Shown here piece after piece: positions 36,638-47,876 of a stretch of DNA of 64,000 nt; positions within the stretch are counted from its first letter, which is position 1, and each line of letters begins with the position of its first letter. Both the position numbers and the translations under genes were made by a program. The DNA is from Adineta steineri (Eukaryota). The notes beneath the pieces are model-generated. The model was not told the DNA's origin. It searched no databases and worked only from the letters and a program-made list of their open reading frames with translations. The stretch spans positions 59,707 through 123,706 of the forward strand of contig CAJNOI010000163.1 of the NCBI GenBank assembly GCA_905250115.1. The letters are read 5' to 3'.

Positions 36638-37861
36638 GAATTAACAATTACATTTTTTTCTTTTTACAATAAATACTTAGATTGAAATTTTGCAAGAATA
36701 AACTATTGTTATGCACGATCATTAGTTTGTCTCTCTTAGACTGAAACAAGAAAAAAAATGGGTGTCACATACTATTTTTAATTGTAATTTAAAAGATGTC
36801 ATATGAAAACTATCATTAGTCTAAACGTCTAATTACAAAAATCAAAGATCGTTAATATATAAGCTGTTTGTTTTTATTTGATTCTATTTATACTGATATA
36901 GAAAATTTCGATATTCAAAAATATTGCAGAAGAGACAAAAAAAAGCTTCATTATAATAACTATGAAAAACTAATGTAACTACTCTTTAAGGTTGAATGAT
37001 GTTTGTAATTATATAAGACACTATAAGATCTATTATGTGTGTTAAAAATGAAATTTTCATCAAGAAAAAAAGAAGGATACTCTTAAGAAATCAAATATAT
37101 AATATTATTGATTGATTTTGAAAGTACTAAGACTAAATGTTGATTGTTGTTTTTTAATTTATTTTTCACTTCAATCAATAATCTCAAGACCTTAATCAGT
37201 AGATTATCAATTGGAGAAAAAAAATCGAATTATAGTGTCTTGCTCTGATTAAGATTGTATAATTGTTTTGAGATAAATCTCCACCGAGACATTATTATTT
37301 ACTTTTGATGCAGAAAGAAAAGAAAATGTTTTTTTTTGTAATTAATTAGCAGCTGAACTTGGCTCATTTTGTATAGAAGCATTTTGATCATCACCGTTAT
37401 GTAAAATTTCTCTTGTTTGTTGTTCAGGAGTTTGATTTTCACCAATAATTGATTTCCATATTGAACCATCTATTTGTTCTTATATAATCACGGAAATTTT
37501 GTTTTAGTATTAAATAAAGTAATACAGTAAATAAACCATTTGCATAAAAAAAAACTAATGTAATAAAATTTAATATTTGTATATATGGTGTTGTTCCTCG
37601 TTTCATTAAGTGTATCATAAAGTTGAAGTATCCGTAATGGTGACTAATTTACAAGAATAATATTATTATTGATAAAGCAAGTGTTGTTGAAGGTCGTGAT
37701 CTCATTGACCAACGATGAAGAAATCATATTATACGAAATGAAAATGTACATGTTATTGATGATGGAAGTACAAATACGCAAGCAAATTTTAATTGTAAAT
37801 AATGTGATAATTCATTAGCTGTCCAACGTGATTTACATTCACTTACACCAGATACTAATGC

Positions 37862-37912
37862 AACTCGAGAGCGGGTGTGAGTGGAATAGATTTGCTACAC
37901 CCACACCCTCAA
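37862..37912. repeat. Telomere-motif micro-hairpin (gagcgggtgtgagtgg…ctacacccacaccctcaat).
   Basis: Inverted GGGTGTG/CACACCC arms. Confidence 0.45.
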
Positions 37913-38769
37913 TTATAAGGATATTCTCTAATTCTTTCCTATGATTGCTATTGAAAAAGGCATGTAGATTTTTCTTTAGAATTAATTTAAATTACAATGT
38001 AAATATAAAAATAGTTAATAATTCTTTTAAATACACAATGATATAAATTGGTACTATGAATATCAGAAGAGTTCAATAAAAAAATTGGATGTTATTTTGT
38101 AGGATTCAACTTCATCAAATAAGCAGAACTGGATCGGAATAAATACAACAGTCCCATTGTTCATCTTTAGTAGAAGTAACAAAGAGTTTCGGTTAAACTT
38201 TGATGGCATATTTGATTTGAGCTGTGCTAGAAATTGCTTACGACAATGGTTGGTAATGCACGTTATCTTTGGATAGTTTTTTATATAAGTGTTAAGGTTT
38301 GACCCACGCCAATGGTGGCTGGATTACAGGAAATTTTACTTAAACAAAATTAATAAAATATGAAATTTATTGAGAGTTCGATAGGCAGTTTACCGTTTTT
38401 TTCGATCTTGTTTTTTGTCATTGGGAAGACTCTTCGTCAATGTATTTTCGGTAGTAAATGATACTGATTGTACATTAAGAACATCCGACAAGGTTGAATA
38501 GCCGAGAATTTGATTCATCAATAAAATACGAAGTTCATATAATTAAATTATATACAAGAATGATGAAAAAAGTCAAGCTCACTTGTTGCGTCAATAAATC
38601 GAGTTGTACTCGTGTGTACATGCTTCTATAGACTAGATCCGTTGAAAAGAAACAAAATCATCAGGTGATAATTCTTATTAATGATGAAACGTCTTTTATA
38701 CCATTATCAGTTGTGCTCTATGTCAATGCAGAACCTTTCATAGGTAGATAGGCAGTAATCAATGATAAA

Positions 38770-39280
38770 GGAGGGGGCGTTTATGATTGGAAATCAGTCC
38801 CTTTTCAGATTTTGCCATGGTATTCCCGGTTACATAATTCTTGAACCCAGCTGAATTTAGATGGTGAGCCCATTTCCAGTAGAGTACGGCGGTTCCAAAA
38901 ATTACCCTGAACCGGATCCGTTAAAGTATTATACGAATACGAATTTTTTTTTCAAAAAATTTGAATTATTTAATAATTGACACTAAAGACATATAATGTT
39001 TATTTAGAAGAGCATATCGTTCAAAACGTACAAGACTGAGTAAAACAATCAGAGAACTTTACAAAATAACATGTTCTATATTATAGTACGGCGGTTCCAG
39101 TGAAGCTTCGGCCAGTTGAAATGAAAAAACAGCGGTTTCGATTCGGTTTCGATTTCAAAAGACCGGTTACGGTTCGATTTCGGTTCCAAAAGGTCGGTTC
39201 CGGTTCGGTTTTCGGTTCCATTTGTTTTGGAATCGTCGTACCCTAATTTCCGGTCATAAACATCCCCCTCCATTTTCATA
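38770..39280. mobile_element. Foldback/MITE-like element of about 500 bp with CGGTTCC/GGTTCGATTTCGGTTCC internal subrepeats and G5-TTTAT-type termini.
   Basis: Termini ataaaggagggggcgtttatg … ataaacatccccctccatttt (imperfect inverted). Two copies of gtacggcggttcca. A run of accggttacggttcgatttcggttccaaaaggtcggttccggttcggttttcggttcc. ORF 39076..39375 overlaps it and is probably spurious. Confidence 0.5.
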
Positions 39281-40510
39281 GCAACAAAGATGAACAATAG
39301 TAACAAGATTCCACATATAATCGATAGTGACCACGAAGATTTCACTGGCTTTGAAAGAATTATCGAGTAAATCAATGAGAATAAGACTGTTTTAGATATG
39401 ATATATCCTTAACAATTCAGGATTGAGACGATTATGATACTTGTTTAAATTATCTGAAATACAAAATAGCATCATTTTATAGATACATCTCTCGATGTAA
39501 AATGGATTAAATAGTTTCGTACTTATGACAAACGATAAAGAATTTTACGAAGACTTTATGGATATATTTGTTAACTAAATACGTGGTATTATTTTGTAGG
39601 ATAAAAGCTGCTAACTACTTGATCTGTTGGCAAAAAAGGAAAATAACAAAAGATTCAGAGTCACAATTTATATAAGTAGAAATGAATACTGATCTTATTT
39701 TATTTTTATAGACTAAATCCAAGGAATGTAATGGTATTTATTATTTAAAAAAAGTACTCCAAGGATGATAAGAAGCGAAAATTAACAAATAAACGTACTA
39801 CCTGTATATCATCTGAACAAACACGAATAACTAAATAAAGTCTCTTCATAGCAGTGATCACTGATCTATGATCGTGTATTTTACGTACTAAAAAAAGAAA
39901 CTAACACACCGAACACATTTAGTATAGGTAAGAATACTTTTCATTCGTTCGTGTAAAGCATATAAAATAATGTAAACAGCTAAATGATAGACAAAGAACT
40001 ACAAATTTGTGTCCTTCCTTCAGCATGGTGATCATTGATGCGTAGATTATACTAATTTCTTTTTTCTTCTTTTTATTTATTTAATGTTATTTTCTATCTT
40101 GATGATATACAATAATCTTGTGTATTTTAGTCTGAATTTCGAAAAAAACTACTTCAATTTAGAGTGTTGCAAACCGACCTAATATCCGGTAATATTTTTT
40201 TTATGATTAGTATGAAAAAAACCAATCAAAATAAATCTGATAATAATTAAGAGATTGATTATGCATCACAATATTTCATAACAACGTGCGTTTCTTTTAG
40301 TAATTTTGTGATGCTTCAGATAAAAAAAATTTTATTTTTTTATTAATTAACATTTTAAAATATGAATCTTGAGGATATGGAGTGGATGTCAATAAAGACA
40401 TTGGCAAAACCTATACCTTTTGCTTACTCGTTATAATAAACAATAGTTTTTATTGGTAGAAAAACAATCAAAATATAATAAAAACTTAAAAAAGTTTATT
40501 TTCGTTTTGA

Positions 40511-40771
40511 TCATTCTGAAGTCACGTAAATTGATGAGATGTAACACGATGAAAATCGATGTATGAGATAAAGTATACTGTCGTCATTAATATTATAATG
40601 ATTGAATGTAAAGTAGTTGTCAAGTTTTTGACCACTGAATAGAAGATGCTGATTGTCAGATAAGAGACCGATCTTGTTTTGAATTTGAAGTCTCAGTTTT
40701 TCGATCGAATCCGAGGATTTTACTTCGAATGGTATAGTGATATCGTCCAGTGTTTTAACAAAGATTTTCAT
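40511..40771 (-). CDS. Small ubiquitin-like (beta-grasp) protein. It may be a terminal exon of a larger gene.
   Basis: MKIFVKTLDDITIPFEVKSSDSIEKLRLQIQNKIGLLSDNQHLLFSGQKLDNYFTFNHYNINDDSILYLIHR aligns position by position with ubiquitin ([72 protein letters not shown]). It lacks the C-terminal GG. Confidence 0.5.
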   Translation of the reverse strand: MKIFVKTLDDITIPFEVKSSDSIEKLRLQIQNKIGLLSDNQHLLFSGQKLDNYFTFNHYNINDDSILYLIHRFSSCYISSIYVTSE

Positions 40772-41506
40772 CTTTTAAAAAGTGACAAGCGAATGAGTAA
40801 AGATAATATCAAAAAGGTACTGTTTTATTGATAAATCCCTTTACTGATATTTACTATTTTGTTCTTTCTTACATCGTATATCAATAAATAGTATGTTAGT
40901 TAGTCGTGAGAGGTGAAAGTATAATGTCTAGAGACAAAAGAAAATAAAAAAATATTTGATTAAGGTCTGTGAAAGAAAATAATTTCGATAAATCACTACG
41001 AAGATAGGGCGTAGGTGCGAATTTGTGTCATCTTTAACTGACATCCACTACACTCACATCTTGCATTTGATAGCTTCGTAAATTATTTCTATCGTTGATC
41101 TATACGATTTATTAAACATATAGTCTTTATCATTCATAAACTCCAAAACTTTTGGCTTGATTTCAACGAAAAACAATATAACTAAAATTAACATAGATGA
41201 TATTGTCGTGAGATTGAGAATGATAAAAGAAATACTCTCAAACAATTAGCGACGATATTAATGATAAAATGTAGTAATACTGTATTGGCGGAAAAGTAAA
41301 AATTTCCATAGAATACCTTGCATTACATCGGCTTGTGCAATAACATTACATGCATACAACGTGCAGAATTGTTAAAAATATTTACCTACTTATTTTTCTT
41401 TGTATCGGAGTTACATGTTACTGAATGAGTCATTCGTTCTATATCTCGACATTGAAAAATCAGTCAAAAAAAATGAATATGTTCGAAAATTCTTGATTAA
41501 TTTCAG

Positions 41507-44500
41507 ATGAAACAATCTACAATATCTAATTTAGTTTTATCACCATTTAATGATATAACAATTGTACTTGAGCTTGGCCGTGAAAAAAGTTTCAAAGCTA
41601 AACAAGAAATAATCAACTATTTACGAGAACAACGAGCACACATTTCATATATTCTTACAGCTAGTGTATGTATAATTTTCTTCTTCTATATCATACATAC
41701 CTTAGTTTTTTCAAGACTGATTATGTTTTGACAACCGAGAATGTTGATAGTTATAAGATACGTCGTGCTAAACAACTCGGCATACCAATAATCAATATTG
41801 AATATGTGTATGAATATCGTCGCTTACCATCTGGTCAATCATTAATTGATATTAACAAATTTATTATCAAATCCGTTGAAGATCAAGAAAATTTTATAAA
41901 AACTGGAACTATTCCTGTTGCAGGTAATAATCAGGTTTCCCTCTTCTAAAAATCATGTCATATATCCTTATTCGATTAGAATCTCGAGTAAATTCGATCA
42001 AAATCAATAAATTCGATCTAAATAAAATCAAGTTATGGAATTCAGACGATGCGAATTTACCTCGTTTCGATGATTCAACACATTGTGAAATTGGCAAATG
42101 GGCTATTTTTAAAGTTTATTTCTATAGCTATTCTTTTCTTATATTTCTATTGTTCATAACAGGAAATCAACGATAATTCAAATGTATTTTTCGTTCTTGA
42201 ACTTCAAATTATTCCTGAACAATACTATGATCAAACAACGAGTGATTATCGACTACGATTTCGATATGAAAAACAACAACAAGATAAAAATATATTAATA
42301 CAATATGCATTTGGAAATGATCCAAATGAACTACAACAATTATTTGCATCATATTATTATCGATTATCATCAATGCCACGTATAATACGAATTCGTGACA
42401 AATTACCTAATCAATTCGGTTCAAAATTATTATTACGTGTAAGTAAATAACATTTAATGAAAAGAATAAAACAATTGTGATCTCAGTCTTTATTTACTCA
42501 TCGTATTGATACACAAATACTTGATGAAAATGTCTGTCAATTAATTGAATCATTATGGTTAGAATCAATTGGTGATCTAAATAAAATTTTGAGTATATCA
42601 CCTGAATCAATCACTCTTAAAACGGTATATTTATATTTATATTTATTTTTCTATATATCGAAATTAGTTTAATATAGATCATTGAAGCAGAAGCTGTATT
42701 GCTGAAACTCAAATCAACTCAAGATCCTGCTGCGGCACTTCATTTCTATTCACTTATACCACATCGACCACAATATACTATTGATCTCATAAAAAATCGT
42801 CGAGTATTGATTGAGAAAATCGATTTATGTCAAGTATATTTCATTCCTTTTTATTCATTTCACTTGATCTTTTATCTATTCAGATGCTTCGAGATATGCT
42901 TACAGTTAATGAATTAACTAATTGGAATGTTAAAGCACCCATTGAAGCTAAATACCGAGCATTGAAATGCTATATAGAAACAATAGCAAGTTCAACATCT
43001 GAATATAAAAATATTGTTAAACTTATTCAATCATCAACAGATAGGTATGAAAATTTGAATTAACTCAACTTCAAGTTTTTTTGTTTACTATAGTGGTGAA
43101 CAAATTATTATTCATAATATATTCAATGTGACTAAACAAACTGATGTACTTAATTTTTGTAATACATTATCAAATCAACGACAACTATTTCATGGATCGA
43201 AATATACGAATTTTCTTGGAATTCTTTCACGGTAAAATAATCAATTCATTCTTTAATATTTCTATTTATGATTATGTATATATATTTAGTGGTTTAGTCA
43301 TGCCTAAAATGGTAATTGAAGAATTAGGTGTTGCACGTACTGATATTGGTTGTCTTGGTTATGGAATTTACTTTTCTGATTCTGTTTCTACCTCTCTTAA
43401 ATATACGTCGCCAAGCACAGTACGACCAGGACGTCGATTATTATGCATTTGTCAAGTAGCATTAGGTGAATCAGCTAATTATTATTCATTTTCATCAACG
43501 CTCAACAAGCCTCCGGATGGTTTCCACAGTACACACGGAGTTAAACGAACAGAAGATAATCATTCAATGTTTACTGTAAGCATAATTATAGTATCGATTC
43601 CTATAATCACAAATATTATTTAGGATGATGAATATGTAATCTATCAATTAGATCAACAACTTTTACACTACATTGTCGAAGTATCATGGATACCGAATGA
43701 TATTGTCAATATTGAATTAGAACGATTACCTATTGTTCATCATCAACAAGATGTATTAAAATTAAGTGAACATGGTAATGATGATTGTGTTTTTATTAGA
43801 TTATATATTTTATATATTCTAGTCGAAGTTCCAATGACAATTGATGATGATGTTATTGAAATTGCGGAACAAGATTATGGTTTGATATGTCCATCATCAG
43901 GCAAACTTGTTCCATTAAAATCCTACCATATTCGTGCTCAAATTGTTGATGTTACAGTTGAAGTAATTCAATCTGTAGTGTAAAAAAAATGTAAATTCAT
44001 CATTTTTCTATTTAATGCAAAGGTTGTTCTCTATCAAGTCTATTATAACATGAGTTCTACACCAATCGAAGCAAAATATGTATTTCCTTTAGATGAAAAT
44101 TCAACTGTATGTGGTTTTGAAGCACATATCAATAATAAAATCATCAAAGGTGTTGTTAAAGAGAAAGAACAAGCTAAACAAGAATATCGAGAAGCAATTG
44201 AAAAAGGTCATGGTGCTTATTTAATGCATCAAGAACAAGCACAAGTATTTAGTGTTGCTGTAGGTAATTTACCAGCAAATACTGAAGTTATTATCAAAAT
44301 TACATATGTTGCTGAATTAGAAATTGAAAATGGTGATATCATTTTTCGTTTTCCATCTAAAATGACTTCATGGCAATCGAAACAAGCAATTGAAACTCGA
44401 GATCAATCATCGCTACGATCAATTGGTATTGTTGATGAAAAAGTTGAATTTAGTTTTAAAGCATCAATACGTATGCCATATAATATAATAAAATTATTTT

Positions 44501-46209
44501 CTCCAACACATCGCCTTCGTCGAAAACTAACTGATTGTATAGCTATGATTGAACTCCTTGATAATGTTCTACTTGATCGAGATTTTATTCTTTCCATAAC
44601 ACTTGATAGTACGAATTTACCTCGAATATCAAATGAAACAAGTGATCTATCAAATAATTTTAATTCTCAAGCGTGTATGCTTACTTTCTATCCACGATTT
44701 GAAATATCAACAAATACAAATGAACAAATTGAACTTATTTTTATTATTGATGTATCAAATTCAATGAATGGAAATTATGTAAAACAAGCGAAACAATTAG
44801 CTCATTTATTTTTAACAAATTTAAAAACTGATGATACAAATACATACTTTAATGTTATTACTTTTGGATCAGGTAATAAAATAGGATTCCCGAGTTTTTC
44901 TTAATTAAATTTAAATTATTTAGATAATGATGAATGTTTTCCAATATCAATGTTAACTACGAAAGAAAATCTTGATAAAGCTAAACATTATGTTCTAGTT
45001 CGTAGTTTTCTTCTTTTCGATCGTGAAATATGTTTGATTATATATATTTTAGCATTCACCTATTCATCGTGGTAATACGGATCTATATGCTGTTCTACAT
45101 CGTTACTCATTATTATCATCAGTATCGGTAAAATTTGGACGTCAATTTATTCTTTTATCTGATGGACATATTCATGATCTTAATTCAATTCTTCTTCTAT
45201 TTAAACATCGATCGACAATGCGTCATGATCGTTTATTTTCATGTTCAATTGGTGATGTTGCTAATAAACATGCTTTAAAACAATTAAGTAATGGAGCAAG
45301 TGGAGGTGGTTTAACAATAATATTTGATTCAAATTATCGATCGAAATGGAAAACAAAAGTATTAAATATTCTTGAATATGTTCGACAACCATGTGTTACA
45401 AGTATATCAATCGATTGGCATGGTCAATTAGATGAAGAACAAAAGTTTAATATGCAAGCACCTAAAATGATTCGATCTTTATTCAATGGTATGCGTTTGA
45501 CTGTCTATCGATTTATACGAAATTGTCATAAGGCAACATTAACAGCTATTATTGATGGACAAGAATTTGTTACTACTGTATTTAGCAGTCCAATGACAAC
45601 AACTAAAGGACGTATTTTACATTGTTTAACTGCTCGAGCACTTATCGATGATTATGATAATGGAATATTGAATATAGACGAGAGTGAAAATGAATTGATT
45701 AAGATTCAATATAAACAAGATCTTATTGATTTAAGTATTAAACATTCTGTTGTTAGTGCATATACAAGTTTTGTTGCCATTGAAGAACGTGATGTTAAAA
45801 CGGATACAAAACCGGTTCAACCAGGTGAGTAGATTCGTCGGTTAATAAGAAACAAGCAAAATTAAAAGTTGTTTTAGGTGTTCATCGTCTTCAAGTTATG
45901 CTCGAAGGTGATGAAGACTTATTACCATATATGGGATGGGATGGTGATGTATCAAATTTAACTTCAATCAAACAGAAATTAATTGATGCACGTATTTCAC
46001 TTGATAGTGCATCGATTCTAAGCAAAAGAGAAATAATTATTGATATTGAAAAACTTTGTCAAACAATTTCTTATCGAACAGGTGGTGATGCTAAATTTAA
46101 TACAATGATGAGTATTATACGTACATATCGTTATTCATTGAATGAATACGATAAAGCAAATGAAATAGAAGATACAATGAAAAGCGGTATATTGAATGAT
46201 TTAAGATAA
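41507..46209 (+). CDS. Vault poly(ADP-ribose) polymerase-like gene (PARP4/vPARP architecture: BRCT, PARP regulatory and catalytic, VIT, vWA), about 14 exons.
   Basis: BRCT DYVLTTENVDSYKIRRAKQLGIPIINIEYVYEY. Catalytic triad intact: QLFHGSKYTNFLGILSRG (H), GYGIYFSDSVSTSLKY (Y), DDEYVIYQLDQQ (E). VIT domain YVFPLDENSTVCGFEAHINNKIIKGVVKEKEQAKQEYREAIEKGHGAYLM. vWA MIDAS IFIIDVSNSMNG. Stop at 46207-46209. Confidence 0.75.
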
Positions 46210-46586
46210 ATATTAACTCTATATATATATATATTAAATTTAAAAAATAAATAGATATAACAACTGAAATGATTAATGCAACACCAGAAGAACAACAGAT
46301 ATTACAACAACATTGTCAAGCTAACAATTTTATAATCCCACGCGACGAAATGTATGTAAAATAAGAAAATATTTTAAAAAAAATTTGCATTTATTTTCTT
46401 GTAGTGAACCAATGGTTGATTTAAATGGTAAGAAAATAACTTGATTATTAAACTTTGAATATAGCCCAGAAAAAAAAGTAAATAAAATATTTATCTTTAA
46501 TTTTTATGGATTTAGGTCAGCTTGGAAGTGATTTGAAACAATTAACACCAATGGAGCAAAAGGTAAAGATAGAAAAACTATGCACT

Positions 46587-47284
46587 ATGGTAAGTTAATT
46601 TAATATCATATATATATGTAGAAACAACGCTGAAAATTAAATATTTTATTCTAGGCTGATCAATTGACAGAAGAACAAATAGCTGAGTTTCAAGAAGCTT
46701 TTTATCTATTTGACAAAGATGGTGATGGAACAATTACAACAAGACAATTGGGTACGAAATTCTTTATTTATTTTTCTTTAGATCTATATATATTTATTTA
46801 AATATTGATTAGGTACAGTGATGCGCGGTCTTGGTCAAAATCCAACTGAAGCTGAATTGCAAGATATGATCAATGAAGTTGATGCTGATGGTAAGGTTTT
46901 AATCAATCAAATAGTAAACTTGATTATATTAAAAAAGAAAAGAATTTTTAACCTTTGATTGAAAATTTACTTCTGTTTGTTTTATTGTTAGGTAATGGTA
47001 CAGTTGATTTTCCTGACTTTTTAACGATGATGGCACGTAAAATGAAGGATACTGATTCGGAAGAAGAAATTCGCGAAGCATTCCGTGTCTTTGACAAGGA
47101 CGGTACTGGATTTTTATCAGCTGATGACTTGCGGTAAAGGAAAAAACTAGTATATAAATATATTTATTCTGCTTTCTTTCAAGTCATATCATGACAAATT
47201 TGGGTGAGAAACTCACCGATGAAGAAATTGATGAAGTCCTTCGAGACGCAAATATTGATGAAGGTTAGACTGTTATTTTTATTA
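46587..47284 (+). CDS. Calmodulin-like gene. Exon 1 is ATG only, followed by 4 exons encoding EF hands 1-3 and half of EF hand 4. The C-terminus is truncated or divergent.
   Basis: ATG|gtaagt at 46587-46592. Then [133 protein letters not shown], about 90% identical to canonical CaM over residues 1-133. The frame then hits TAG (47282-47284). No exon encoding DGQVNYEEFVQMMTAK was found downstream. Confidence 0.65.
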
Positions 47285-47461
47285 AAGAATACTTTCTTGC
47301 CTGAAGAAACGGTCATATGAAGAAAATTTGATTTTGTATGTCTGTCTGTATGTTTGTAGCAAAATCAAAAAAAACATCCCCCTAAAGATTAATGCTTAGG
47401 TTTCTTTCATATCTAGCTTTCGTCTAGTCAGTTTCTTTTGCATTAAAATTTCAGCCAATCG

Positions 47462-47530
47462 AGTGGATGGGTGTAGTGTGAGTGTAGTTATAGATATTAC
47501 ATCCGTCTTTCTTACACACCCTTATGTTTG
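47462..47530. repeat. Telomere-motif micro-hairpin (gtggatgggtgtagtgtgagtgtag…ttacacaccc), located just 3' of the calmodulin-like gene.
   Basis: G-rich TG/GGGTG arm opposed by cacaccc. It sits where the missing last calmodulin exon would be expected. Confidence 0.4.
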
Positions 47531-47876
47531 GTTTTAGAGGGGAAACCTGTACAGAAAGATTACCCATGGCAACACGTGTTAAAAGCATTAGAATCAACGG
47601 ATGATTGGAATAACGTCGATTTGAGCGTTTTGGACTGTATGGATGAATCATCCTATTCAGATTTTAGTAAGTTATACAAATAGTTAAAAAAAACTTTCAT
47701 GAAAAGAAAAATATTGAATTGTGAGAATTATAAACAAGTGTTACGAAAATATTTAATTTAGTATAGCAATATTTTCAGTGATGTTGATTTTATGGTCTAT
47801 ATTAGTTGCAGTCACAAAAAAAAATTAGTTATCGTTATGAATCTTCTTTTTAGCAAACCGTGCATCAGAAATACAA

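Noticed and set aside
39076-39375. ORF 39076..39375 (- strand, 99 aa)
   Set aside because: It overlaps the CGGTTCC-rich foldback element, and its hydrophobic 'protein' is a translation of repeat sequence.
40511-41245. ORF 41054..41245 as a gene
   Set aside because: Short and hydrophobic with no splice or domain support. Only the ubiquitin-like ORF 40511..40771 has recognisable homology.
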